Assembly (NCBI RefSeq): GCF_009914755.1
Contig: NC_060936.1
Origin: the human T2T-CHM13v2.0 reference genome, Homo sapiens
DNA: 64,000 nucleotides
Strand: one strand, 5' to 3'
The position numbers were made by a program, and so were the translations under genes. Position 1 is the stretch's first letter. Each line of letters begins with the position of its first letter. Shown here in pieces: positions 1 through 14,887 of the stretch. The notes under the pieces are model-generated. The model saw only the letters and a list, made by a program, of their open reading frames with translations, did no database searches and was not told the origin of the DNA.

Positions 1-49
1 TAAAAATCTCTGTTACCTGATATTTTTCTCCCATTAGAATCAGACTTCT

Positions 50-480
<431 letters not shown>

Positions 481-1059
481 AATAAGTGGGAGCATATTTT
501 CTAATTTAACATATGTAGTAAGGTCTGAGACTCAGAATAATTGTTAAATATCCTGTTTCAGATTTTATCTCATTTTGGAGAATGTTAATTTCCTAGCTTT
601 TTTTTTAAAGACAGGGCACATATTGTCAGAAAGTTTTTTTTATTTGTTATATTTTTAATTTCTCTTAGCAACTTATTGGGCCTAGAATTTTATTATCTTC
701 ACCTTCTACATTAGGGTCTATTTTTTGGTTTATAGCTTATGTGTAGATTTACATGAAGGACTATTTGGCGTATTTTCTTCTTGGAAACTATTACTGTATT
801 ATTAGTGTTCTAATTTACATTTTTTCAAAAGCCTGTGCTTATCATTGAAATTTTAAAAGTAGATTTCTTCTCTGTTTTGTTTGGAGTAGGAAATGACTGG
901 TCTTGAGGTAATGATAATTGGAGTCATTTTTGACCTATTTATAGCTTAAGAATGTATATCCTGTATCTGAATATTGGCATTCCATGTCTTCAGCATGAGA
1001 TAATATCCTCAGAATTTATTGAGGAAAGGATTGAAACTCAACTTTTGAGATATCAGATT

Positions 1060-1650
<591 letters not shown>

Positions 1651-2339
1651 GAGTTATCAGAATTTTAAAAATGCTTAATGCTTTTTTTTTTCCCTTGTAG
1701 AGTGAAATATTTATTTCTATACTCTGATTTTTTTATTGAAGGTTTTTTTTTCACCATTTTTTTAAACCGTTAATTTTGTTTCCCTTGATTATCTTACTCT
1801 TAAAACCATTTTCTGTACTTTTCTTTCTTTCTTTTCTCCCTGATGCTTCTTACTGTCTTTGGCATCCTGGAATAGTGTGGAGCCACTCATCCAAGCCAGT
1901 GAGTGACCTAGCCAAGTGTTGCCAGAAAGTCCCAGTTGATAGTTTCTTTTCTGACTTTTGTGTGAATGACATTTTTATCACCCTATAGATAAATGAATAT
2001 ACTTAACCTTCTCACCTCTCCCTTCCCGAAATAGGAACTCTAGGTTGTTTTTTTTTTTTTTTAATTTATATTGAGGTGACTACAAAATAGAAAGGCTTCT
2101 CTAAGACCAAAATTTTTCCTGAGACTTTGGAAACTGTTTGCATTTCTGCTGCTTTTACCTTGTTTTGTTCCTAGTGAGTTAATTCATTCAGGACTGCTTC
2201 TCTTTGCTTTTATTTCCACCATGTTGTGGCTTTTAGCCACACCAGTTTAGGGTACAGTTTCGCTAACACATTAAAATATGTTTCTGCCAATAGAGTCTTT
2301 TGTAAAGGCCATGCTTAGTAACTGAATTTTGACAACTGA

Positions 2340-2595
2340 TGAAACCTGAAACAAAAGAAATTGGTAGAGGACTTAATCTCGAAAGTACCTCTATTGCTTC
2401 CACAAAGCATTTAACAAAATTTACATAAATGTTTCTCTTTTGCTCAAAGTACTTTGAATCAGAGCTTTCCTAAGTATGTGTGTTTTCCCCTTTAATATTT
2501 TTTGAAACCATTTTAAGGGACTAAATATGTTTTGTTGCTTATTGAATAAGGAAAAAAACGTGTGTTAGTCTTTACTCTCTCATTAAATAGGTTAT
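2340..2595. repeat. Diverged ~255-bp direct repeat, copy 1 (copy 2 at ~4950-5215)
   Basis: Shared blocks such as cctttaatatttttt-aaaccattttaagggactaaatat, tcagagctttc, tattgaataag and tctcattaaa. Confidence 0.85.
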
Positions 2596-3017
2596 GTGGT
2601 GAAAATGTTGATTTCTATGGGAATATGATTATCTGCATGGTTTTGTAATCTTACGTGTTTTACTATGACATGTATGAAATACAAAGGAACAAAATCTTTG
2701 CCTCCAGTGTATGAGTACTGAGGTTTTAATAATGTTAAAGGTAGGTGTTTTTCAGTAGAACAAGGCCTGTGGATGGAGAGCTTAACCTTTAACTCAGTAT
2801 TTTAAGGAGGATTATTCACTGTTACGTCAGCCTCTCTTGTCCAAAGGTGATATTTTATACAAATACTGTTATTTCACTAAAGTTTGCAGCTTTTGCTTCT
2901 GAATGTTCTTGACCTTTTCACATTCTAAAAGCAAGGTGTATGGAGTATCTGCATTTTTAAAGCATAGGTTAACGTATAGTTAGAACTTAATGGGTAAGAA
3001 AGGGGAGAAGAAAATGA

Positions 3018-3450
<433 letters not shown>

Positions 3451-3739
3451 TAGAAATCCCTTTTAAAGGGATGTTTATAACACTGATTTGAAAAATATGC
3501 CTTTTTTTGAGTTTGTATTATAATTTATAAAGTTGTAAAGGTCTTTAAGGGGTTTAAAATTCTTGGAATTTTATTTTAAAGTACAAATTAACTCAGCAAG
3601 AATTTAGATGTAAACTACTCTGATACAGAATTTGTTGTCATAAGGGAAGGGAAGGTTTATAGTATCTTTGATTTTTTTTTTCCTAGCTTGATTTATTTTG
3701 TCTTTAAAGATTGTCATTTAGTATTCTTTTATTATCTTT

Positions 3740-3883
3740 ATCATTATTATTTTATTTTTTTTTGTAGAGGCGAGGTCCCATTGTGTTTCCCTGGCAGGTC
3801 TTGAACTCCTGGGCTCAAGGAATTCTCCCAGCTTAGCCTCCCAAAGTGCTGGGATTAGAGACGTGAACCACTGCACCTGGCCT
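3740..3883 (-). mobile_element. Alu left monomer (FLAM/AluJ)
   Basis: Reverse-complement Alu left arm with T-rich tail. Confidence 0.85.
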
Positions 3884-4949
3884 CATTTGATATTCTTAAT
3901 AATATTCCAGCTACATTTAATCTTGCACTTATATTTAATTACTGATTAATTTCTCTTCTTCCCAATCATTTTTCTTTTCCTACCGTTTAGGCCTATGGGC
4001 TGTTTTAAATCAAATGGAAACTAGCACACTGCTTTTGCATATTCATTTTTTCTACAAATAATTGAGTTTTTACTCTGTCAGTTACCACACTGTGCACTGA
4101 GGATATATAGTGGTGGACAAGACAGACCTGTCCCTTGACTTATATAATTTATAGCCTCTATTAAGAAGATAGACACTTAAAAAGGTAATTGTAGTAAATC
4201 ACATGGTGTGAGGGAAGCTTATATCAAGGAGAACTAACTTAGGTCAAGGTCATGGAGAACCTCCTAACAAAAGCGACACTTTCTAAGCTGAGACCTCAAA
4301 GTAAGGACTCACCAGCGTGTATGAAGGCCCAGAATGCTGATATGCAGTAGTTATATTTATATTTGTGGAGTTATAATAAATAATTTATAATAAATTATTA
4401 GAAATCAGAATTATCTCAGTGACGTTAAATGCCAGCTGGCCTTCACTTTTGTTTACACAATCATCTTTTGTGCCCCTACATCAAGCTGCCTCCTATTGCC
4501 TATTTCGTCACCTTCTTTCTTCGTAGATACTAAGAATTTTCTCAGTTACTTCTGCTTTTGTTTGCATCTTCAATCTCTTCGCCTTTGTTGTCCCCTCTCT
4601 TTATGTGTAATATGATCAGCTTTCTATTGAAATATCTCCTGATCTTGGTACTCCTTATGGTCTTCTTCCCTCTCTCCTTTTCTATTAGATATATTTATAG
4701 CCTTCTCCTGCCCATGAAGGATTGACTGCTACAGGAATTTCCCTCCTACAATTAACAACTCAAAAACTGGGAAACCACGTGAAACAACTGATTTTAGACA
4801 TTGGACAACATTCAGTGCAGAACAGTGCTCTCATCTTACCTTCCAAACTTATATGATTTTTGTTTCTTAAAATATACTTCATATGTGTATCAAGGTTAAG
4901 GGTTAGGGAAGCCTATATTTAAGACATAAAAGATTTTTTTCTACACATG

Positions 4950-5215
4950 TGAAGCCTTAAACAAATGAACTTGGGAAAGGACTTATCTTAAAAGTATAGC
5001 TGTTACTTTCACCAAGCGTTTAATACAATTATATAAACATTTCTCATTTACTCAAGGTACTTTGCTTCAGAGCTTTCTGAAATATTTCCTAAGAATATAT
5101 ATTTTCTCCTTTAATATTTTTTCAAACCATTTTAAGGGACTAAATATATTCTGTTGTCTATTGAATAAGAAAAAATAAAACGTCTAAGCTTTTGTCTTCT
5201 CATTAAACACATTAT
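4950..5215. repeat. Diverged ~255-bp direct repeat, copy 2
   Basis: Colinear similarity with 2340-2595. Confidence 0.85.
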
Positions 5216-5374
5216 ACATACATGGCTTTAGAGATTCCAGAAGACAGCTAGGGACTTGAAAATTAGTTTTTAATTATTGAAACTGTTTTGTATTCCAAAA
5301 TGCATTAACAATATTAGTTGACTTTTGTAGGATCCTGAATAAAAATTTTTTTCTCAGATCTTAGTGTGGTTCTT

Positions 5375-5527
5375 TCAAAAAAATTTTTCTTAAACAATTT
5401 TTTTTTCCAATAGAGATGGGGCCTTGCTGTGTTGCCCAGGCTGGTCTTCAACTTATGGCTGCAAGCAGTCCCCCTGCTTGGGCCTCCTATAGTGCTGGGA
5501 TTACAGGCTCAAGCCACTGAGCCCATC
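5375..5527 (-). mobile_element. Alu left monomer (FLAM-like)
   Basis: Alu motifs; TSD-like ctta(a)gtgtggttct on both sides. Confidence 0.85.
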
Positions 5528-6174
5528 CTTAAGTGTGGTTCTCGATTTCTGAATTCATTTGTTTGTCCCATATTATTTTGTAAATTCTCTAATCCTTGCA
5601 TGAGGGAGGTACCTGTGTGATGGTAGCAGCTGTTTTCTTAACCTGACTCACATTTTTATGGCATCACACTCCCAGTATCTGTTTGATTCTAGATGCCCAA
5701 GGCCATGTGAGTCACACGTGTTAGGTAAAGCAGCATATAGGAAATGGAAATGGAAGTTAGGGTCTAGTGGGAGTTAGGTCTCTGCACTGGTCCGGCTATA
5801 CGATCAGCAGTGAGTCCCTGGTGTTGCCTTTTGATATTCTCTTGGAGAGATCAATAACAACAGTTCAATGACTGTTAGTTTGTCTCACTAAACTCTGAAG
5901 CATCTTTTGCCTTATGATGGTGTTTGATTTAATAATATTCAGAGATGTGTTATTTAAAACAACTAATCTACTTGGAACCTAAGATAATTCTCCATTTATT
6001 ACTAATATTTGTCTATATAATACTTAAGCAGATAAAAACCTTATAAATTACAAACTAACTGGTAGATATTTGATAATTCTGTACTTAAATTGGAATATAA
6101 ATCATTGTTTGGGACATGGTTTGCCCATTGCCACCTGTGTGTATCTGATAGGATTGAAATGCTTTTCTTTGTAG

Positions 6175-6368
6175 GCACATGAGGCAGCATTGGAAGCCAG
6201 AGCCAGTCCAGAGATGAGTGACCGAATACAGCACTTGGAGAGAGAGATCACCAGGTACAAAGATGAATCTAGCAAGGCCCAGGCAGAAGTTGATCGACTC
6301 TTAGAAATCTTGAAGGAGGTGGAAAATGAGAAGAATGACAAAGATAAGAAGATAGCTGAGTTGGAAAG
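6175..6368 (+). CDS. ERC1: ERC1 internal coding exon (194 nt, phase 0 to phase 2): AHEAALEARASPEMSDRIQHLEREITRYKDESSKAQAEVDRLLEILKEVENEKNDKDKKIAELE
   Basis: Acceptor cttttctttgtag|GCACAT and donor GAAAG|gtaaga. The translation (ORF 6190..6372) is recognisable ELKS/CAST coiled-coil sequence and joins in frame to the exon at 53072. Confidence 0.97.
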
Positions 6369-8289
6369 GTAAGAAAGTGAAGCTGATTGGGGCTTATGAG
6401 GTTAAAGTATGGTTTTAAAAGTATGCTTTTGGGGACATACTTTTTCAGTGTATCTAACTCTGAATTTAGGTTCTCGAATTCTTGCTATTACTGTATTAGC
6501 TGCCTTTTTTCTAGGTCAGTTGTACGTTCTTTGTTGAGGTGTCTGAAAGGCAACATAGAATGGGAATAAATTGGGAAGCTATGGGCTGTAACATAATTGA
6601 TTGGCAAAAAAGAGAGTATTCATTAATTTAAAATTAAAGTTTTTTTTACTGGCAAATCAAGAGAGGACAAATGTCTACTTTTTAATTTCTCTATATAATG
6701 ATCAAATGATCCTCAAGCAAAGGAGTTAATCTTTTATCACTAGTTTAGACCTTTGTTGTTGAGCTAATGCTCTGTTGGGCTATAAATTTTTAGACTTTTC
6801 ACAGTTTTTATTGTTGAAAAGCACGCTGTTACTTCAGTGCATTAGATCAAAATTAGGAGGAGAGACACTTTGAGGACAATTTAGGAGCCACGGATATGTT
6901 TTTTTATGAAGCTGTCTCTGACTTGGAATTCTTCAAAATATTCTGTGTTTGAACAGATCTAGGCAGACAGGTCTCCTATAATTTTTTTGGTGTGTTTTCT
7001 TATTATTTTATGCTAAAGGTCAAGCATGTGCCTCTTGACCTCTTCTTTTACACCACATATTTAACATAAATGTAAAACTGTGCAGAAACAACTCTGCCGG
7101 TAGAACTTTGTTAATTACCTGTATTCTGAACAGCCAGAAAGACTGACAGTGACAGAAAGGGGTCACTAATCTACTTGGCCTTTTGAGGACTGATCCTTAA
7201 GAATAATTTTTTTTTTTTTATGATCTTGAAGGCTGAGAAGTATTAGAGTACTTCCATAAATTTTTTACTAAGTTTTAAAGTTTTGGGGTTAGTGGTAGAC
7301 TTGATACTGTCCTCTGAAGGTATTATTTTTTCCTATTCTATAGTCATAGAATTTTAATTTTCAAGAAACCAAAACTATAAAGTCTAACCTTCACAGTTCT
7401 CCTTCACTGTACTGAAAGTGTAAATAACACGGGCTGATTACCTGCTCACTTATTTCCTCTTATTTTGGTATTAACTCTACTCATTTTGTTCAGTTCTGAA
7501 TAAGATATATGGATAAAATTCTTTAAGTCAGAATTTTAAAATTACCATAGCCTCAAGATTAGATTATGTACATTTTTTATGTCTTCATTTTTGCACTGCA
7601 CCCTTCCCCACAACACACACATGTACACATGTGTATATACCCCCTCACCCATTACGTGCTTACGTGAATACATGCCTCTCTTTGCTTTTGGAAAGGCTTG
7701 AAATCTGCAACAGTACTGCATAGATACAAAAATGCGGTGCTTTTGATTGATTAGTGACTTCCCACTAAATATATTTCAGAAAAGAAATTCCTTGAATAAG
7801 TTTTATTTTATGGTTTGATTTCTTATTAGAAATCTACATTTGAAATTATTGCTTGCTATTTCAGGCAGCTTGCTTGAAAATGTTTTTGACTCATTTTTGT
7901 CACCAATATTGATTTTGGGAGATGGATGTGAACTGAAGGAGAGTAAGAAATAGGACTAAGTCTGTACTTGATATCCAAAGCACACCAAATAGCAGCTTTT
8001 ATTAGCCACTGTATTTCTCACATTTTGAGAAAGAGTTGTAAATGATCTACTCTTTCCACAGAATGTAACTCTTATAAAAGTTGGAAAAAGCACTGTAGAG
8101 TTCTGTCCTCTGGCCCTATTGCATTATAATTTCGTTTTAGGATTCAGCACAGTTTCTTGGCTACTGGAAAAAAAAAAAAAAGGAACAGCTTTCATAACTC
8201 AGCTTTTGCTACCAGGTTTGTAGTTTGCTACTTGGTAACATAGTTTAAGATGCTGAATAAACAGTAGAATCATGGAATTTGTGAAAGTG

Positions 8290-8410
8290 ATCGAGCATGG
8301 CATTTTATGGAAGAGGAAACTGAGGCCCAGAGAAGTCATTGCTGAAGTGACGTGGTGGTTGAGCCAGAGCTAGTAGAATGTGGTTTGTAAATTCCAGATC
8401 AATTTTCTTT
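8290..8410 (-). mobile_element. MIR fragment
   Basis: attttatggaagaggaaactgaggcccagaga MIR core. Confidence 0.75.
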
Positions 8411-8926
8411 CTGTTCTGCCAAGGCTAGTTATGTTCCTTTTGGACTTCCTGGCAACTGTTATTTGAAGACTCCTTACCCTTAGGTGATTTATTCTTTTAC
8501 CCCATTTGGACCCAATGTCTTAAGTAGAAGTGGTTATATTTAGTATTATGACTTGCTTACAAACTAAGGTAGATTTTAGTTTCACTTATGCCCTTGAATG
8601 CCATTTTTATAAACTGAGCTCTGCTTATTTTAGGAGATAATCAGTGCATTCTTTGTCAAAGACAGTTGGGATTATGTTATACCTCTTGTTCCCAGATTTA
8701 GTACTCGTTTGCATATGTGTGGCTGCTGTGTTTCTTACTAATCATTTGCTTCCTATGTTGCCATTCCACTATTTCCTATGCCTGTGTCTGTCTCCCTATA
8801 GTTTATCATTTGAGATTCTTCATTTTTCTTTTTGTCTTACCATGGTCCTGTTCCATTGGGGTTTTTGGCGTCTGTGTGTTTATATGTATATGCTCCTTCT
8901 GCCCCTTGGCCATGGCTGTTTCTCAG

Positions 8927-9013
8927 AAAGCCAGTCTCGTGCAAATTGTACCCTTCATGCCAGGTTTCTGTCCCTGTACCATCAGGGGGTTTTGTTTGGG
9001 ACTTCCTGGGAAA
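8927..9013 (+). CDS. ERC1: Candidate alternative in-frame cassette exon of ERC1 (87 nt, phase 2-2): (R)KPVSCKLYPSCQVSVPVPSGGFVWDFLG(K)
   Basis: Acceptor gctgtttctcag|AAAG after a 110-nt AG-free zone; donor GAAA|gtgagc; 29 codons with no stop in the ERC1 frame; YCAY cluster upstream and TGCT cluster downstream. No transcript evidence available. Confidence 0.45.
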
Positions 9014-9704
9014 GTGAGCATTAAGTAAGGTTACAGTCTTATACTAGAGTGAATTGCTACTGCTGCTTTTGCTACTGCTGGGGCTTGTTTGGAATTTTGC
9101 TTGATCAGAGTTAAAGAACAGCTGATTATATGTCAAGTTGAACTGTACCTCTTTAGGTACCCTACTTTTTGATATAATCAGTCTGTGTTCGTTCTGGTAA
9201 ACTTCTGATATTGCTAGTTGTGATTGCTTTAGTCTTTGTTTTACTCTTTAAATAGTTCCTCAACTAATGTAACTGTAGTGCCACACTGTAGATTCAGCAT
9301 GTAGAATTAATTTCTTAAGGGTGTTCAGCAACCCACTAAGTGCAAAAATGAAAGGAGACTGTTACAATAATTGAACTCAAGAAAATCCTTAGTATTCTTT
9401 GCATTTTATAGTGCTTCTTATAAAAGGATCTCCAATATTAAATGGTTCAGATTGTATTATGAAGGATTCCCAGGCCTGTTCTTTGTGATCTAAAGAAATA
9501 AATAAATAGGTCCTTCCCATGTTGGCTGTTACAGAAAATAAGAGTTCTTGTCAGAAGATGATTTAGTGTTGTCCTACTCTCTTGACCCACTGCAATTTTA
9601 AAAAGAAGATTGGATAAGCCCATTAATACATCTATAAATATAAAATATTTTCCCCAATTAAATCTTAAGAAGTAGTACTTCTAAATTCATGTTCCATACT
9701 GTGG

Positions 9705-10252
9705 TGCATATTAGTTGGAATTCAGTGAGAAGCAGAATTAGTAGGATACACACACACACACACACACACACATAGAGATAGATAAATACATATATACACA
9801 CATATATAAACACACACAAGCATACATATATTATGAGATTTATACGTATATTTATATATATTAATATATGCCTACATATATTAAGAGATTTATTACAGAG
9901 AATAGTCTTGTAAAATCGTGGGGCTGGCTAAGCAAGACTGAAATCCCTGTGGCAGGCTATCAGGAAGAGAAGATCGTGAGCAGGATGGAACCTGTTGCAG
10001 GCACAAGCCAAAGCTGTGGTCCACAGGCAGAATTCCTTTTCTCTCCTGGGAAACCTCAGCCCTGTTTTAAAATCTTTCCAAAGGATTCATTTATGTCCAT
10101 TGGGATTATCTAGGTTAGTCTTTTTTACTTAATTTGATTAGAGGCTTTAATTATGTCAGCAAACTACCTTCACAAGCACCATCTAGATTAATATTTGATG
10201 GAATAACTGGGCACTGTAACATAGACAAGTTAATATTTCAAAAAAGTCATCA
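9705..10252 (-). mobile_element. MLT2 (ERVL) solo LTR with internal (CA)n/(TA)n microsatellite
   Basis: tattag...gagaagcagaa-tagga, agagatttatta and ccttcaca-gcaccatctagattaatatttga are typical of MLT2. Confidence 0.75.
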
Positions 10253-10453
10253 TCTGATGGTTCTGGATAGTATACAAATAAACAAACAAACCAGAGCTTG
10301 AAAAGTCGTTAGATAAGTAAATAAATTTAGAGTAGCCTCAGGAACCCTGAATGTAACTGCAAATTTCTCTCCTAAAATGAGCATATTAGAGTTTCTATTT
10401 AGATTAATAGTGAGTAGGCTTTTCTTTGCTATCATGTTTAAAATACTTAGAGT

Positions 10454-10778
<325 letters not shown>

Positions 10779-11427
10779 TTAGAAGCGTACTGGAGGCTGA
10801 TACAGGATTGCTTGCTGTCTGCTTTTTCACTCACGCTGTCCATCTTAGCTGAATGTTCCCATGTTATAGCACCACCCTGGGAACATTGTCCCCTGTGCCG
10901 TATATTGTATTGTGCCTTATAATTTTGCTTTTTAATGTGCTTTGTTACCTTTTTTCTAATACCATGACTAATGGATTCACAGAGTTTAGTGTTTGCAGCA
11001 GAAATACTCAATTTTACTCTAGTATGAGATTGTTAGATTCAATATGCCATTCAAAACTTGTATTCAGAGAATGACAACCATCTGATTTTCATATAATTTA
11101 GATAACAGAGGTTGCCTTTGGTTTATCAAAGTTAGAAATTTTCAGTGATCCAAAGAATAATAGAGTCTATTATTGTGTGATCTAAAGATTAATAGGAATT
11201 GTGGATTTACTATATTTCCTGATTTGAGGGAATATAAGAACCGGGATTTTAATGGATATAGATTTTTTGGGGGCGGGGGGCAGGGTGTGTTTTGAAATTC
11301 AGCCAAGTGATTATTTATGGGATAGTCGAGAAAGACCTGTCTGATAAAGTTATTGATATATGAGCAGCGATTTGAAGGAGGGGCTCTATAAGAAGTCCGC
11401 AGAAGCCCCTAAAAAAACCACAACAAC

Positions 11428-11605
11428 TTTGAGGCATAATTTACATACAATAAAATGCACCCATTTTAAGCTGATTGTTTGAGCTTTGACAAATCTATAC
11501 ACTTATGTGACTACCACCATGATCAAGATATATAGAACATTTCCTCATCCCCAAAAGTTCCCTTTTGCCCCTTTACAGCAAATCTCTTCCCAACCCTAGT
11601 CCCAG
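11428..11605 (-). mobile_element. Old L1M 3' end fragment
   Basis: ataatttacatacaataaaatgcacccattttaag...agaacatttcc. Confidence 0.75.
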
Positions 11606-11759
11606 CCTCTGCAGATCTGAGACCTACTTTTAAAATTAATTTTATACATTAAACTTCAGTTTCTCCCTTTTGCCTTAACATTTAATTTTCTACTTTCCCA
11701 TTCTAACACAACCACAAGTATGTGTAATTCCCTATTTCCTCAGCTCCAGAAGTAGATTC

Positions 11760-12172
11760 AGATTTTTTAAAGCCAATCAGGATAATAGCATTCTCTTTCT
11801 TAGTGACTAGTTTCGCATTGAGCACATATGCATTAGTGATTGGAAGGAAAAACCACAGGGAGGCTTCTGGGAATGATTTTCTTATAAGACAGACTTGCAA
11901 GAAGAAAGATGACCCCTTTCTCCTGAACATTATCTTGTCGGGATGTGATACCCATAATTGCTGCAGCTACTTCTGCCAACCTAAGATGAAGCCAGCGTCC
12001 AGAGAGTGACAGTTAACAAAACCTCAGCAAAGCAGAGTTGGAACTGAAATGGACTATTCCTGAAACTGCCTCTGTGCTGCTTGTTATGTGAGATAGGACA
12101 ATTTCTGATTGTTTAAGCCAGTTTGAATGAGGATTCTCCGTTACTTCCAACCCAGTGCATTCAAATGGATAT
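11760..12172 (+). mobile_element. MLT1 (MaLR) LTR, old subfamily
   Basis: agccaatcag, gcttctgggaa, cttgttatgtgagata...ttgtttaagccagtttga...gttactt. Confidence 0.65.
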
Positions 12173-12813
12173 AATTATGTACTTATTTCCGCCCCCCCCC
12201 CCCTTTTTTTGTAATGGAAGCAATCATTTTGAAAAGAGTTAAAGTTTTTTGGTAAGTCAAATAAGGATCAATGCTGCTGAAAGCTGGGACAACACACGGG
12301 CCCTGACCAAATTGGGGTTTCTTTGTCTACCTCATACCTTCCAAATCAAAAAATAATTTCCCTAGTATTTTAATTACTCCCCCAAATCAGGAATAACTTC
12401 CTCACTGTGCTGATTTTGGTTCTTTTAAAATAAGGTGGTAATTTGAAGGTAATAGTTAAACCAGTCATAGATTATTCTATGCCATTCTTTTCAAATCAGC
12501 CCACTCAGGTGTCAGTCCTACTTTTCTTTTGTTGTAGTCCTCTTTATTCTCCTTTGTTTCTGCCTCCACCTCATCCCCCACCCAAATGCCTGGAACAGAT
12601 CTCACCCTTTCGTCTTTTGAGAGGAATACATATAGCAGATTTTTGCCTCCGACTAGGCAGCTACTTTAAAGGGGGATGTATTTTGAATCTAAGGAAGATA
12701 CCCAAAAATTTTAATGCAGTTTGTTTAGTTATATTTGTTCATTTTAGCTGCCCTGTCTACATCATGACTTTTTGGGTTGGGGGGGTATGTGTTGGAAAGG
12801 TTTCTTATGTAGG

Positions 12814-13632
<819 letters not shown>

Positions 13633-14202
13633 TAAGTAGGTAGCAGAGTCATGCCTAACAATTCCAGTGTCTGTCTCTCCTTCCTGAAAAGAAATCCTTT
13701 TCAGGTGTTCAGTTTTCATTAATGACCTCACCTCCTAGAAGAGGAGGCTGTAGACAGCTAGATGATTCAGAGTCTGTTCACTTGAGGATCTTACTGAGGC
13801 CAGAGTCTTTCCCACATGCTGGAATGCCCACTTACAGGACAGGTACTGCATAACTGGCATGTGGGTTGTTTTGCTGCTAGGGGCCAGTTTTTCTACACAT
13901 GTGCTTTTTAATGCTTCTCTCAGTCTGGACTCAGTTAAGGGATACGTCTGGCTCAAAGAGACTAAGACTCCATCAATACAGAAGCTATTGTCATTTCATT
14001 TATAGATTATGCTAGCATTGGCGTTTATCTATAGCTTGTCTAATAGCTAGAAATTCCAGTGATGAAATTTTAGTTCCTTAAGGTCTGGTTGAGCTCTACT
14101 GGAAGGTATCACTTAACATACCACAGAGGCTGGTCATCCCAGTTATCATGTGCCCAGAATGTAGTAGTATCAGAAAGAAAGGACTTGTTGAACTTTGGAC
14201 TA

Positions 14203-14528
14203 TTTTTTTTGTTTTGTTTTGTTTTGTTTTTGTTGCTTTTTTTTTTTGAGGCAGGGTCTCTCTCATCCAGGGTGGAGTGCAGTGGCACTATCACGGCTCA
14301 CTGCAGCCTTAACCTCTTGGGCTCAGGTGATCCGCCCACCTCAACCTCCTGGGTAGCTGAGACTAGAGGTGCATGCCACCATGCCCAACTAATTTTTGTA
14401 TTTTTTTTGTAGAGATGGGTTTTTGCCAGATAGCCTAGGCTGGTCTCGAACTCCTGGGCTCAAGTGATCCATCTGCCTCTGCATCCCAAAGTGATACGAT
14501 TACAGAGGTGAGCCACTGCAGCCAGCCC
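14203..14528 (-). mobile_element. AluJ with (TTTTG)n tail
   Basis: TSD tgaa(c/a)tttggact. Confidence 0.92.
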
Positions 14529-14887
14529 TGAAATTTGGACTCTTAAGTCTTTGGTCTTTCCATGTTCGAAGCCAATATTAAATGATAGTAGCTTGGGAGG
14601 TTATTTGGTTGGAAGGCTAATAAGTAATTTTGGATCCTAAACTATTAATACTAATTTCAGGTCCTCCAACTCTAGTAGAGAGATACAGAATACAGAGGGA
14701 AAACCAAAATATTGCACTGCTACAATTATTCTGAGAAAGATAGAACTGGAGATCAGTTTTGTTGTTCGTATATACATAAAATTCTTAGGGCTAGCCTTGT
14801 GAGTAGTTATGATGGAGGTAACTTTGTTTTTCTATTTTGTGGTGGTTAATTTTATCTTCTTTGCTAACCATCTTTTCCATACCTCAT

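Noticed and set aside
6102-6341. Antisense ORF over the ERC1 exon
   Set aside because: Shadow of the coiled-coil codon usage on the opposite strand.
11269-11286. G-rich patch as a G4
   Set aside because: Only three G tracts of length 3 or more.
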